From an uncultured Alphaproteobacteria bacterium (GTDB lineage: Bacteria; Pseudomonadota; Alphaproteobacteria; HIMB59; GCA-002718135), in the NCBI GenBank assembly GCA_902605135.1, contig CACLBK010000003.1, positions 1 through 63,025 on the forward strand: 63,025 nt of DNA. Direction: 5' to 3'. Below the pieces are notes generated by a model, which did not search any database, had not been told where the DNA came from, and saw only the letters and a list, made by a program, of their open reading frames with translations. Positions within the stretch are counted from its first letter, which is position 1. Each line of letters begins with the position of its first letter. The position numbers and the translations under genes are program-made. Shown piece after piece: positions 50,889 through 61,031 of this stretch.

Positions 50889-51773
50889 ATGAGTCATACA
50901 AGAGCAAATATAATGATGCTTATTGCATCACTTATATGGGGAACAGCATTTGTTAGTCAGACTACAGGCATGGGTGCCATTGGACCATTTACTTTTAGTT
51001 TTGGAAGATTTTTCTTTGCTTTTTTAACTGTGATTCCCTTTGCTATTTACCTTGAACAAAAAAATGTTTCAAAAATTTTGCATGATAGGAAAAAAATTTA
51101 TCTTTGTATTGCAACAGGAATTTTTCTGTTTGGTGGTATGGGCCTACAACAATATGCTCTCCAAAAATCGTTAATATCAAATGCTGCTTTTCTAAGCACA
51201 CTTTATGTTCCATTTGTTGGAATCATTTCAAGATTTATAATTAAAAAACAAGTTCACTGGATTATATGGGTTGCGATATTACTCTGTTTGTATGGGTCTT
51301 ACCTCTTATCTTCAAATCAATCAGTTGAGATACAACAATCTGATAGTCTTTTATTTATAGCAGCCTTGTTTTTTGCTTTGCATATTATTTGTATTGATAT
51401 TTTTATGAAGGAACTCAATAGTCCTTTTTTGTTTGGTAGCATTCAATACTTTATAGTTTTTATATTATCTATGATTTTAGCATTCTGGTGGGAAGAACCA
51501 AAATTATCAAATATGCAAATTGAATGGTTTGAAATTTTGTATACAGGAATTTTCTCTGCGGGAATTGGTTATACATTACAAATAATAGCTCAACAAAAAG
51601 CTAATCCTGCGCCAGCCGCAATTATATTATCGATGGAATCTGTATTTGCAGCAATTGCAGGATGGATACTTTTAAATCAAATCTTAGACACACAAAAAAT
51701 ACTGGGATGCCTTGCAATATTTATTGGAGTGATTATAGTACAACTTGTACCAATAATAATTAAACAAAAATGA
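50889..51773 (+). CDS. DMT/EamA family transporter
   Basis: IWG.AFV.Q, GYTLQ..AQ, ILS.ESVFA; about 10 TM segments. Confidence 0.88.
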   Translation: MSHTRANIMMLIASLIWGTAFVSQTTGMGAIGPFTFSFGRFFFAFLTVIPFAIYLEQKNVSKILHDRKKIYLCIATGIFLFGGMGLQQYALQKSLISNAAFLSTLYVPFVGIISRFIIKKQVHWIIWVAILLCLYGSYLLSSNQSVEIQQSDSLLFIAALFFALHIICIDIFMKELNSPFLFGSIQYFIVFILSMILAFWWEEPKLSNMQIEWFEILYTGIFSAGIGYTLQIIAQQKANPAPAAIILSMESVFAAIAGWILLNQILDTQKILGCLAIFIGVIIVQLVPIIIKQK

Positions 51774-52744
51774 GTGAAAAATTAGACGTAGTAGGAATTG
51801 GAAACGCAATGGTTGATGCGATTATTCCATCCAATCAAAGCGAAATTGAAAAACATGAAATAAATAGAGATTCTATGAATCTTATTGATGAAGGTTTGAA
51901 AAATAATTTACATGATAGTTATTCAATCAGAGAAATGGCAGGTGGCGGATCACTTGGTAATTCTATGTTTGGCATTACATCATTCGGTGGCAATGGAAGC
52001 TTTATTGGAAAAATAAAAAATGATGAAATTGGTATTTATCTTCAAAAAGATATGGTTCGTGAAGGATTAAAATTTCCTTTAGGTTTTACATCACCTGATA
52101 TTTCAACAGGATGTTGTACAATATTTGTAGAAGAAGATGGAACAAGAACAATGTGTACCTTTTTGGGTGCGGGAACATTGATTGGCCCTGAAGATATCAA
52201 AGAGGATGATATTAGAAATCATAAGATTGCTTATTTAGAAGGATATTTGTGGGATAATGAAAATGCAAAAAAAGCTATGAAAAAAATGGTGGATATTTGT
52301 AAAGCCGATAATCAAAAAATTGCTTTTACTCTTTCAGATCTTTTTTGTGTTGATAGACACCGTGACTCTTTTAAAGAATTAATAACAGAGAATGTTGATA
52401 TTTTATTTGCCAATGAAGATGAAATCAAAGCTATGGCAGAAACAGATAGTTTTGATGAAGGTTTAGAATATGCAAAATCATTAAATATTGTTGCAGCTAT
52501 TACTAAAGGAAGTAGTGGATCAGTAATTGTATCGGGAAGTGAAGTAACTGAAGTTTCGGCAAAAAAAGTAGAAAAGGTTATTGATACTACTGGTGCAGGT
52601 GATTTATTTGCAGCTGGCTTTTTGTTTGGTTATTCAAAAGATAAGAGCATGGAAGAATGCGGAAACTATGCATCGATTGCTGCAGCAGAAATTATTTCGC
52701 ACTACGGAGCAAGACCTTTAGTAAAACTATCTAGCTTAATTTAG
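51770..52744 (+). CDS. PfkB-family kinase, adenosine kinase-like
   Basis: GIGNA.VD, GGS..N, RTM.TFLGA, YLEGYLWD, DTTGAGDLFAAGF. Confidence 0.88.
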   Translation: MSEKLDVVGIGNAMVDAIIPSNQSEIEKHEINRDSMNLIDEGLKNNLHDSYSIREMAGGGSLGNSMFGITSFGGNGSFIGKIKNDEIGIYLQKDMVREGLKFPLGFTSPDISTGCCTIFVEEDGTRTMCTFLGAGTLIGPEDIKEDDIRNHKIAYLEGYLWDNENAKKAMKKMVDICKADNQKIAFTLSDLFCVDRHRDSFKELITENVDILFANEDEIKAMAETDSFDEGLEYAKSLNIVAAITKGSSGSVIVSGSEVTEVSAKKVEKVIDTTGAGDLFAAGFLFGYSKDKSMEECGNYASIAAAEIISHYGARPLVKLSSLI

Positions 52745-53711
52745 ATAATAATTTATTTTTATTTTCATCATCACAAAAAGAATACTTAATGGCATTATGA
52801 GTTAGTGACGTAAGTTCTTTTTCATTCAAACCTAATTCTTCCATAACTTTGTATTCACCTTGAATAGTGGCATTGAAAAATGGAGGGTCATCTGAATTAA
52901 CTGTAACTTTAACACCTTGATCAAATAACGATTTAACTGGATGACTTTCATAATCTTCATAAATTTTTGTTGCGATATTACTTGTTGGACAAGTTTCAAG
53001 AATGATATCTTTTTCAATAATCTCTTTTACAAGATCAGGATCCTCAATTGATCTTACACCGTGACCTAATCTAGTCGGGTGTAATAAATTGATAGCATTA
53101 CGAATATTTTCTGGACCATCCCACTCACCAGCATGAACAGAAATGGGAAAATTCATCTCTTTCAGCATATCAAATGTTTTTACAAATAGATTTGGAGGAA
53201 AATGTAACTCATCACCAGCTAAACCAAAACCAACTAAACATGGATGAGGGTTATCAAGGACTTCTTTAGCTGTATTTTGAACAGACTCTGGTCCAAGATG
53301 TCTAATTCCATTCATTATATATCGAGACACAATACCAAAATCCTCTTCAGCTTTTTTAGAAGCTTCGTATACTCCTTCAATAAATGAATGATATGTCATT
53401 CCCTTTGCTTTGGCATGAGTTGATGAAATCATCGCTTCAACATAGAGGACATTGTTGGCGGCACATTCTTTTAAATACTCATACGTTAATTCAAAATAGT
53501 CTTCTGGTGTGTAAATAACAGAAGTGACAATGTCGTACTTTTTTATAAAATCATAAAAATCATCCCATTGGTATGCATATTTTGATCCAAACATTTCTTC
53601 TGGTATTTCATGATTGTTGCGCATAGCAAATTTTTTACAAAGATCTGGTGTAATGGTAGCTTCAAGATGAACATGAATTTCTGCTTTTTTAACTGTATTA
53701 AAAATTTTCAT
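52731..53711 (-). CDS. add: Adenosine deaminase (start moved to the ATG at 53711)
   Basis: AEIHVHLE, HAGE, RLGHG, CPTSN, NSDDP; the upstream extension in the ORF track overlaps the next gene. Confidence 0.92.
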   Translation of the reverse strand: MKIFNTVKKAEIHVHLEATITPDLCKKFAMRNNHEIPEEMFGSKYAYQWDDFYDFIKKYDIVTSVIYTPEDYFELTYEYLKECAANNVLYVEAMISSTHAKAKGMTYHSFIEGVYEASKKAEEDFGIVSRYIMNGIRHLGPESVQNTAKEVLDNPHPCLVGFGLAGDELHFPPNLFVKTFDMLKEMNFPISVHAGEWDGPENIRNAINLLHPTRLGHGVRSIEDPDLVKEIIEKDIILETCPTSNIATKIYEDYESHPVKSLFDQGVKVTVNSDDPPFFNATIQGEYKVMEELGLNEKELTSLTHNAIKYSFCDDENKNKLLSKLS

Positions 53712-53740
53712 ATAATTGAAATTATGTATATAATAAATTA

Positions 53741-54652
53741 GTGGAAACAAAAACAAATAGAAGAAATTTTATTGTTGGAGCAAGCTGCTCATTATGTGGA
53801 TCTGTATTTTTACCATCTTGCACACAAGTTCCGCTAACAAATAGAAGTCAGTTAAATTTATATGATAGCAACCTTCCCATAATTTTAATGGGTGGAGGTA
53901 TCCTTGGCACACCAAAAATTTATCCCAATGAAAGATCTCTCAATCAAGAGGTTGAAAAAACATATTCAAGATTTTTATCTAAAGCTAAAGAGGATAAAAT
54001 TCTTTTAGATAACACTGATGAATCAAAAAAAATTGAAGAAATAGGAAAAGAAATTTACACCTCTCTTGATACATATTATCTTAATAAGCGTGAAAAAAAT
54101 CCTGCTGGAAATTTTAATTGGCAGTTCGCTCTTATAGATTCAGAAAATAAAAATGCTTGGTGTATGCCAGGGGGCAAAATTGCTTTTTATACAGGTATAC
54201 TTCCTATATGTAAAAATGATGATGGTATTGCAGCAGTCATGGGACATGAAATTGCTCATGCGTTTGCAAGACATACTGTGGAAAAATTAACTCAAGCTTC
54301 AATGATACAAATGGCAACGATTGGGATATCACGAAGTAGGTATGCAGAACTTCTTAATAAGTCTTTTAGAGTAGGTAATGTAGGTGGTAATGTTTACAAC
54401 TCCGTTGTTAAATATGGAATCTTTCTTCCCTTCAGTAGAAAAATGGAAAGTGAAGCCGATTATTTAGGCATGGGATTTATGAATCTTGCGGGATTTAATA
54501 TTAAGGAGCCTGCCAAACTATGGCAAAGAATGATGGCAGATCAAGAAGGAAGAATGCCCGAATTTATGGGATCTCACCCAAGTCCAGATAATAGATCTAA
54601 AAAATTTCTAGAATGGGAAAGTGAAGTTTTAGATAAATTTCCTCGTGTTTAA
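53741..54652 (+). CDS. M48 family zinc metallopeptidase, probable Tat-exported lipoprotein
   Basis: NAWCMPGGKI, GHEIAH, E.EAD..G, SHP; N-terminal NRRNFI and LPSC lipobox. Confidence 0.9.
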   Translation: METKTNRRNFIVGASCSLCGSVFLPSCTQVPLTNRSQLNLYDSNLPIILMGGGILGTPKIYPNERSLNQEVEKTYSRFLSKAKEDKILLDNTDESKKIEEIGKEIYTSLDTYYLNKREKNPAGNFNWQFALIDSENKNAWCMPGGKIAFYTGILPICKNDDGIAAVMGHEIAHAFARHTVEKLTQASMIQMATIGISRSRYAELLNKSFRVGNVGGNVYNSVVKYGIFLPFSRKMESEADYLGMGFMNLAGFNIKEPAKLWQRMMADQEGRMPEFMGSHPSPDNRSKKFLEWESEVLDKFPRV

Positions 54653-54674
54653 TTTTTAGTGTATTAGGAAAGTT

Positions 54675-55721
54675 ATGTTAGCTGTTGAAGTAAAAAATCT
54701 GACTCATGAGATTAATAATAAAAAAATCTTAAATAATATTGAGTTCAATCTAACCAAGGATAGCATTTCTTGTATTCTTGGTCCTTCAGGAAGTGGAAAA
54801 ACAACATTATTAAAACTTATTGCAGGTTTAGAAAAAGTACAATCTGGTGAAATCTTAATAAATGGCGAAGAGGTGAGTAGTACAAAAAAACATTTGCCAA
54901 CTGAAAAGAGAAAAATTGGATTTTTATTTCAAGACTATGCTTTATTTCCACATTTAACAGTCAAGCAGAACTTAGAGTATCCCATAAATTATAAAAATTC
55001 AAATTATAGAATTGAGGATATTATTGATTTAATAAAACTTCCAAACTCTCTAAATAAATTTCCCCATGAGTTAAGTGGTGGCGAACAACAAAGAGTAGCA
55101 TTAGCAAGATCAATTATTTCTCAACCTGATTTGCTTTTATTAGATGAGCCATTTTCGAGTCTTGATTTGAATTTAAGAGAAGAGGTCAGAGATGATACTT
55201 TGCATTTATTACAAAAATCTAACATATCAGTGATTATTGTTACTCATGATCCATTTGAAGCTATGTTCATTTCTAATCAAATAAATATTATGGATACCTC
55301 AGGATATATTATTCAATCTGGTAGCCCGGCAGAATTATATAAAAATCCTAAAAATTCATATGTGACTGAATTTTTTGGAGAAACAAATAGGTTTCATGGT
55401 GTAGTTAATAACTCTTTTGTAGATACGCCAGTAGGAAAAATTAAAGCTCCAAATGAACTTGAAAATACAAATGTAGAAATACATGTAAGACCACAAGGAG
55501 TAAAATTAAAACAACAACCAACACCTGTTAATGGAATAAAAGGTACTGTTATGGCCTCAAAATTAATGGGTTCTTTCAGTTTTGTTCATCTTTCAGTGCT
55601 TGATGATAATAATGAGGTTATTCATGTTCATAGTCACATGCCTCCAGAATTTAATCCTCAACAATCATCTGCTGTCGAAATTGAGATAGATCAATCTCAA
55701 GCTTTTATTTTTAAAAATTAG
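54675..55721 (+). CDS. Fe3+ ABC transporter ATPase (FbpC/SfuC-like)
   Basis: GPSGSGKTT, FQDYALFPHL, LSGGEQQRVALAR; converges on the Fe3+ permease. Confidence 0.85.
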   Translation: MLAVEVKNLTHEINNKKILNNIEFNLTKDSISCILGPSGSGKTTLLKLIAGLEKVQSGEILINGEEVSSTKKHLPTEKRKIGFLFQDYALFPHLTVKQNLEYPINYKNSNYRIEDIIDLIKLPNSLNKFPHELSGGEQQRVALARSIISQPDLLLLDEPFSSLDLNLREEVRDDTLHLLQKSNISVIIVTHDPFEAMFISNQINIMDTSGYIIQSGSPAELYKNPKNSYVTEFFGETNRFHGVVNNSFVDTPVGKIKAPNELENTNVEIHVRPQGVKLKQQPTPVNGIKGTVMASKLMGSFSFVHLSVLDDNNEVIHVHSHMPPEFNPQQSSAVEIEIDQSQAFIFKN

Positions 55722-57331
55722 TTGCTTTCTTTTTTTTGTGAAACTCTTTGAAGAGTTGTGTTTAAAAATATTACTGGACCAAGACCAACAATAATAATTA
55801 TTAGAGCAGCAAATGATGATTCTTGTAAAAGTTCATCGGATGCATATTGGTAGACATAAGTAGCTAAAGTTTCAAAATTAAAAGGTCTTAGCAGAAGAGT
55901 GATTGGAAGTTCTTTTAAAATATCAACAAAAACTAGGATGCCTCCTATTAGGATATTGGTATAAATTAAGGGTAATACGATTACTCGAATTGTATTTAGA
56001 AAACCTTTTCCCATTGTTTGAGAAGCGTCAACCGCATTTGGATGAACTTTAAGTATTCCTGATCGCAGGGCTGCATTACCAACTGCTAAAAATCTAGTTG
56101 TGTAAGCAAAAATTAATACTAAGAAACCACCTGCAGCATAACCCATTTCAATATTAGTTATTGAATTTAACCATCCAAAAAAGATAACAATGCCAACTGC
56201 AAGTATAGTACCTGGTAAAGCATAACCACATGAAGCTACAAAAATTAATCCTTTTTGAAAAGTATTTGATTTATAGTTTGATACAATAATTAGAATTATA
56301 GAGACTAGCATGACAGTAGCAGCTCCTGCAAGTGCAAGTGATATACTTGTTGTTGCAGCAAATATAACTTCACTAAAATTAATTATAGAAAAACCACTTA
56401 AAACAAAATTTAAAAGAATGAGCACAGGAATTACAAATCCAAGAGTAATTGGGGTCAAACAAATTAAAAAACAAAGTAACTTTCCAGAAAATGAAATTGT
56501 TTCTGACTCAAGCATATTTTGACCACTACTTTTTTCAAAATATCTTTGTCTACGTCTTGCTAAATATTCAATAGTTAAAAGGACAACAACAAAAATAAAT
56601 AAAACTGAAGATATTTGTGCTGCACCTGACAGACTGTTCATTCCCAACCAAACATTAAATACACCAAGGGTTAGAGTCTCTAGAGCAAAGTATTCAACTG
56701 TTCCAAAATCAGAAATTGTTTCCATTAATACGAGTGCTAGGCCAGCAAATATTCCCGGTCTTGCAAGTGGCAGGGCAACAGAAAAAAAACTGCTTCGTCC
56801 ATAAATTAAACTTGTTTGATAAAAAGATAAGGGCACGGTTAAAAAAGATGCTCTGGTCATCATGTAAATATATGGATAAAGAACACACGACATAACTAAA
56901 ATAGCTCCGCCCATTGATCGTATTTCTGGGAACCAATAGTCGTCAACATTACTCCAGTTAAAAATTTCCCTTAGTAGTTTTTGTAATGGACCAGCGTATT
57001 CTAAAAAATCAGTATATGTATAAGCAATGATATATGCAGGTACTGCAGCAGGTAATAATAGTGCCCACTCAAAAAAATTTTTACCTATAAAGTTATATCT
57101 TGTAACTACCCATGCTGAAGAAACACCAAAGATCATACTTAGAATACCTACTCCGATCATGAGCACAATTGTGTTGTAAACATATCTTGGTAGAACGGTT
57201 GAGAATAAATGTGGCCATAGACTGGTGTCTCCTAAAAATGCGGAGTAAAAAATAGCAACTATTGGACAAATAATAAAAAGAGCAAGAAAAGTTGCTAACG
57301 TAGATGAGCTATTCCAATTATACAAATTCAC
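55718..57331 (-). CDS. Fe3+ ABC transporter permease (FbpB/FutB-like)
   Basis: P.YIIAY.Y, LPLARP, E..SDFG.V, KELP.TLLLRPFNFETLA. Confidence 0.92.
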   Translation of the reverse strand: MNLYNWNSSSTLATFLALFIICPIVAIFYSAFLGDTSLWPHLFSTVLPRYVYNTIVLMIGVGILSMIFGVSSAWVVTRYNFIGKNFFEWALLLPAAVPAYIIAYTYTDFLEYAGPLQKLLREIFNWSNVDDYWFPEIRSMGGAILVMSCVLYPYIYMMTRASFLTVPLSFYQTSLIYGRSSFFSVALPLARPGIFAGLALVLMETISDFGTVEYFALETLTLGVFNVWLGMNSLSGAAQISSVLFIFVVVLLTIEYLARRRQRYFEKSSGQNMLESETISFSGKLLCFLICLTPITLGFVIPVLILLNFVLSGFSIINFSEVIFAATTSISLALAGAATVMLVSIILIIVSNYKSNTFQKGLIFVASCGYALPGTILAVGIVIFFGWLNSITNIEMGYAAGGFLVLIFAYTTRFLAVGNAALRSGILKVHPNAVDASQTMGKGFLNTIRVIVLPLIYTNILIGGILVFVDILKELPITLLLRPFNFETLATYVYQYASDELLQESSFAALIIIIVGLGPVIFLNTTLQRVSQKKESN

Positions 57332-57342
57332 TTGGTTATAAA

Positions 57343-58362
57343 CTACCAGCCAACCCGATCAATTATCATTTGGGCATTAGGAGCAAGTTCTGCTATTTTT
57401 ATTATTGGAAGTGTATCCTCTCTAAAGCTACCCCAGCTTTGTAATTCTTCTCCAGGCTCAATTTTTAGATTTGCTGGGTACTCAAAATTTATTTCTCCGT
57501 AAAGTTTTTGTGCCTTTTCACTTGTTAAAAACTCAAGTAACTTCTGAGCTTCTTCTTTGTTACTAGAATACTTAGCTACACCTCCACCTGAAATATTTAC
57601 ATGTGCTCCTCTGTCACCCTCAGCTTGATTAGGAAAAACTAATCTCACACTTTCAGCCCATTTTCTTTGTTCAGGGTCTTCTGAGAATTTAAGTTTTCCA
57701 TAATAATAATTATTTATAAGAGCAAGTTCACACTCCCCTTCATGAATAGCTTTAACCTGTGCTCTATCATTGCCTTGTGGTCTTTTGGCAAAATTAGCCA
57801 CCATAGCCTTAGCCCATTTTTCAGCTTCATCTTCTCCAAGCGCTGCTAAAACTGATGCCATTATTCCACGGTTATAAACGTGACTTCCAGGTCTTGAGCA
57901 AATCTTTCCTTTCCATTTGGGGTCTGCCAAATCTTCAATTCTAGTTATTTCACCTTCTGCAATCTTCTCTTTGTGAACTACAATAACTCTAGCTCTTTTG
58001 GAAAGCCCAAACCATGTATTTTCAGGACTCCTCAGGTAATTAGGAATATTATTTTGTAACTGTTTTGAATCTAATGGAGAAAGTAAATCAAGATCATCAT
58101 AAATATACAGTCTTCCTATATCTACCGTAAGAATAACATCTGCTGGACTATTTTCTCCCTCAGCCTTCAGTCTCTGGGCTAAGCCTTTTTTAGAATAAAC
58201 AACATTTGTTTTAATCCCAGTTTCCTCGGTAAATAGTTCTAGAAAAGGGTTAATTAAGAATGGCTGTCTATGTGAATAAATATTTATCTCTTTTGCATTT
58301 AAATACGGAGTAAAAATAAATATAAAAAATAAAAATACAAAATGTAATAAATTAGTTTTCAT
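57343..58362 (-). CDS. Fe3+ ABC substrate-binding protein (FbpA/FutA-like)
   Basis: SPADV..TVD, GNDRAQ, N.YYYG tyrosine ligands, G.HVNISG, N.EYP. Confidence 0.93.
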   Translation of the reverse strand: MKTNLLHFVFLFFIFIFTPYLNAKEINIYSHRQPFLINPFLELFTEETGIKTNVVYSKKGLAQRLKAEGENSPADVILTVDIGRLYIYDDLDLLSPLDSKQLQNNIPNYLRSPENTWFGLSKRARVIVVHKEKIAEGEITRIEDLADPKWKGKICSRPGSHVYNRGIMASVLAALGEDEAEKWAKAMVANFAKRPQGNDRAQVKAIHEGECELALINNYYYGKLKFSEDPEQRKWAESVRLVFPNQAEGDRGAHVNISGGGVAKYSSNKEEAQKLLEFLTSEKAQKLYGEINFEYPANLKIEPGEELQSWGSFREDTLPIIKIAELAPNAQMIIDRVGW

Positions 58363-59362
58363 TTAACGATCTCCTTTTTAGATTAATTGAGCTAAATTTA
58401 AGTTTTATTTTTAAAAACTTTCTTAAAAAATAATTTTTAATTTCAATAAATGGATTTATGTATAAATCTTTTAAATTATGACTTTCATCTTTTTGGTTCT
58501 TTTCAATTCCAAGTTCTAAAGTTTCAAATTCAACTGAATGATGAAGTGATCTAAATAGATAATCCCAAATAGCTAAAGCTGCTCCAAAGTTCTTATCATG
58601 GTGTTCTCTTGCTATAGAGTGATGTAATTGATGTTGGGCTGGGGAAATGAATATATACTCTACCCATCTCCAATATCTAATTCCTACATGCGAGTGTCGT
58701 AAATTTGATCCTAGAATATTAAAAATAAATACAAAAATGTTTACTCCAAGAACTGTATATAAGCTTACTGAATCACCAAATAAAAAAATAAAAGAAGAAA
58801 TACTTATTGCTTGTGTGATTGAACTTCTAAGAGAGAAAACTATTCCTTCTAAAGGATGAGTTCTAAAAACAGTCATTGGTGTTAAAACGGTAGCAGAATG
58901 GTGAACTTTATGAAGTGACCATAAAATTGGCCATTTGTGCATAAACCTATGAACTATATATTTGCTAAAATCATCAATAGTAAATTGAAAAGTAGTGAAA
59001 GCAATTATCACAAGAATTGGAAGGGCTTCTTTAAACATTCCAACACTTAACCAATCAATGGTGTGAAAATAAAAGTAAAGTGCTGTAGCAATTGTTAATT
59101 GAGTAATTAAAAATGGTGAAATAGTCATCATGATTAATTGGTTGATAAGAAAAACTTTGTAGTCGGATTTTGCTGACTTAGAAAAAAATATTTTTTTATC
59201 AAAAATTTTCTTAAATGCTGCAAAAAGAGAATATTTTCTTAATAAGATAAACCATAGAAATGCAATTAATATTGAGATTCCAATGTATGCTACAAAGACT
59301 CTTTTTTTTGGATCAATAAATTGATTACCAATATTAGATAAATATTCTGTTAAAATTTCCAT
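58352..59362 (-). CDS. Sterol desaturase / fatty-acid hydroxylase family di-iron membrane enzyme
   Basis: His boxes HRFMH, HKVHH, (R)HSH, HQLHH; NFG....WD..F. Confidence 0.9.
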   Translation of the reverse strand: MEILTEYLSNIGNQFIDPKKRVFVAYIGISILIAFLWFILLRKYSLFAAFKKIFDKKIFFSKSAKSDYKVFLINQLIMMTISPFLITQLTIATALYFYFHTIDWLSVGMFKEALPILVIIAFTTFQFTIDDFSKYIVHRFMHKWPILWSLHKVHHSATVLTPMTVFRTHPLEGIVFSLRSSITQAISISSFIFLFGDSVSLYTVLGVNIFVFIFNILGSNLRHSHVGIRYWRWVEYIFISPAQHQLHHSIAREHHDKNFGAALAIWDYLFRSLHHSVEFETLELGIEKNQKDESHNLKDLYINPFIEIKNYFLRKFLKIKLKFSSINLKRRSLNEN

Positions 59363-59374
59363 TCCAGTTTAGCA

Positions 59375-59398
59375 GTGTGGCTTTATACAAAGCCACAC
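59375..59398 (-). terminator. Intercistronic stem-loop (mRNA stabiliser or weak terminator)
   Basis: GTGTGGCTTT-ATAC-AAAGCCACAC perfect 10-bp stem; no clear U-tract. Confidence 0.6.
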
Positions 59399-59410
59399 CA
59401 TAATATTCAA

Positions 59411-60790
59411 TTAATCGTTTTCAGCTGAGTCAGAACTTCCCATAGAACCAGCAAGCTCCTCCATTGCAGCTAATTGATCATTGTTTCTTGCAGTAATACC
59501 AAACTCATCAACCATCATTTTTTGAATTTTAAGCATATGAAGTTTAAACTCACTCCACTCCTGTGCTTGGTCTTTTATGAAATTACCACTAGAGTCAACA
59601 CCTACAACCTGTGATGCATTTAAGAGAACCGGGCCAAAACCCATCATTCGGTTCATCTTAACAGCAGTTTCTCCAAGATCTCCAGGACCACACTGTAGAG
59701 CTAATGCAAAACCTTTAAGTTCACCCCAATGTTTAGCATATTTTCTAAAAGCTTCTTCAGTATCACCATTGGCATCCATGATTGTTTCAAGTGCAACAAT
59801 ATCTTTGTAGGTAGATCCAGCATATTTAAAGACGGACTCAGCAATAACTTTTTGCCAGTTATCTCTAATCACATCTCTTGCAGCTAACATGTCAGTTCTT
59901 TCAGAAAAATTTAAGTTTCTTCCATCAGCATCTCTAATAACTTTTCGTCCATCAATAAATGCTTGATTAATAGTTGCAAGATAATCAGTCTTACCACCTT
60001 TATCATAACTTGAAGCATAGTAAGCGTGTGCAAAAGTCATCTCAGAATATAGATCAACAACACCATCACCGTTAAAGTCGGCAGATGCTAAATCTTTTTT
60101 CTTAGCAACATTATAGTTGTCCTCGGCTGAGAGAGTTAGTGCGTGAGCAGCAGATCCCCAATAACCAAATGCCTCATCCCAACTATGCTCCTTACCAGTG
60201 TAGTAAGCCCCTTCTTTATAAGGTGCATTATTTGGTTTTTGACCAATTTCCATTTTACTACCAAGATAACTGTTTACAGCTTGATTATAAAAAACAGCTC
60301 CCATAGCAAACTTTGATATTAATTGAGTGTAATCAAAACCAGTAGATGGATCAAAACCACCTTCAACTTGACTTGCCTTAAGCATCATATGTTCAATAGC
60401 TTCTGGACCTGTTAGATTACCCCAGCCAGGAATGTATCCTTTATACATTTTACCCGAAAGGTTTCCGCTACCTATTTCTGAAACCATGGTTTGTTTAACT
60501 GGAAAACCATCAGCAGATTTGGGAGCTATTATTTCTAAACCATCTTCTCCATTGTAATAGGACATCATTTTATCTAGATCACCTGTTTTCACTAAAGCTT
60601 TTAAACTGTCATGTAAAACTTGTCTGGCCATCTGACCTGTATATTTCACTGAGTTTGTTTTATCGCCGTCATAACCTTTTAAAGTAATAGGGTAAGGTCC
60701 ATAAACTTCTGGACCATGACCATCTGCAAAAGATTTAGAAAAGCTGAAAGAAAAAACTAAAGCAGTAGCAATGAGTAATATTTTTTTCAT
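59411..60790 (-). CDS. Secreted DUF4856-like (iron-regulated, imelysin-associated) protein
   Basis: Signal peptide; Y.GQ..R, Q...K...GAV.Y.Q, EH.WDEAFGY.G, W.E.KGF...LQ; heads the Fe3+ uptake operon. Confidence 0.7.
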   Translation of the reverse strand: MKKILLIATALVFSFSFSKSFADGHGPEVYGPYPITLKGYDGDKTNSVKYTGQMARQVLHDSLKALVKTGDLDKMMSYYNGEDGLEIIAPKSADGFPVKQTMVSEIGSGNLSGKMYKGYIPGWGNLTGPEAIEHMMLKASQVEGGFDPSTGFDYTQLISKFAMGAVFYNQAVNSYLGSKMEIGQKPNNAPYKEGAYYTGKEHSWDEAFGYWGSAAHALTLSAEDNYNVAKKKDLASADFNGDGVVDLYSEMTFAHAYYASSYDKGGKTDYLATINQAFIDGRKVIRDADGRNLNFSERTDMLAARDVIRDNWQKVIAESVFKYAGSTYKDIVALETIMDANGDTEEAFRKYAKHWGELKGFALALQCGPGDLGETAVKMNRMMGFGPVLLNASQVVGVDSSGNFIKDQAQEWSEFKLHMLKIQKMMVDEFGITARNNDQLAAMEELAGSMGSSDSAEND

Positions 60791-60832
60791 GTATATTTTC
60801 CTTAATTGTAAATTTTTTCTTAGTTTAAAGGT

Positions 60833-60900
60833 GTGGAGATGAGTTGAAACTCGTTTGGTTAAGATGCGCCTTTACCCTTAAAAAGATTAATCATCTCCAC
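60833..60900. repeat. 10-bp perfect inverted repeat (long hairpin B)
   Basis: GTGGAGATGA (60833-60842) and TCATCTCCAC (60891-60900), with a 48-nt interior. Confidence 0.8.
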
Positions 60901-60996
60901 GTCCTATTACTAAGGATCTATGATGCTTTTATAATAATTTAATAAACAAATATTTTTATTTTATAAACCCAATGTTTATAGGTTATATCAGGTATA

Positions 60997-61013
60997 TTTA
61001 GATTTATTCTAAT
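60997..61013. promoter_or_regulatory. Irr-binding ICE-like box
   Basis: TTTAGATTTATTCTAAT versus ICE consensus TTTAGAA-N3-TTCTAAA; upstream of iron-uptake genes. Confidence 0.6.
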
Positions 61014-61031
61014 TTAAAGATCTTTTAAATA

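Noticed and set aside
53712-53756. N-terminal extension of adenosine deaminase given by the ORF track
   Set aside because: It overlaps the divergent M48 gene, and family similarity starts at MKIFNTVKKAEIHVH.
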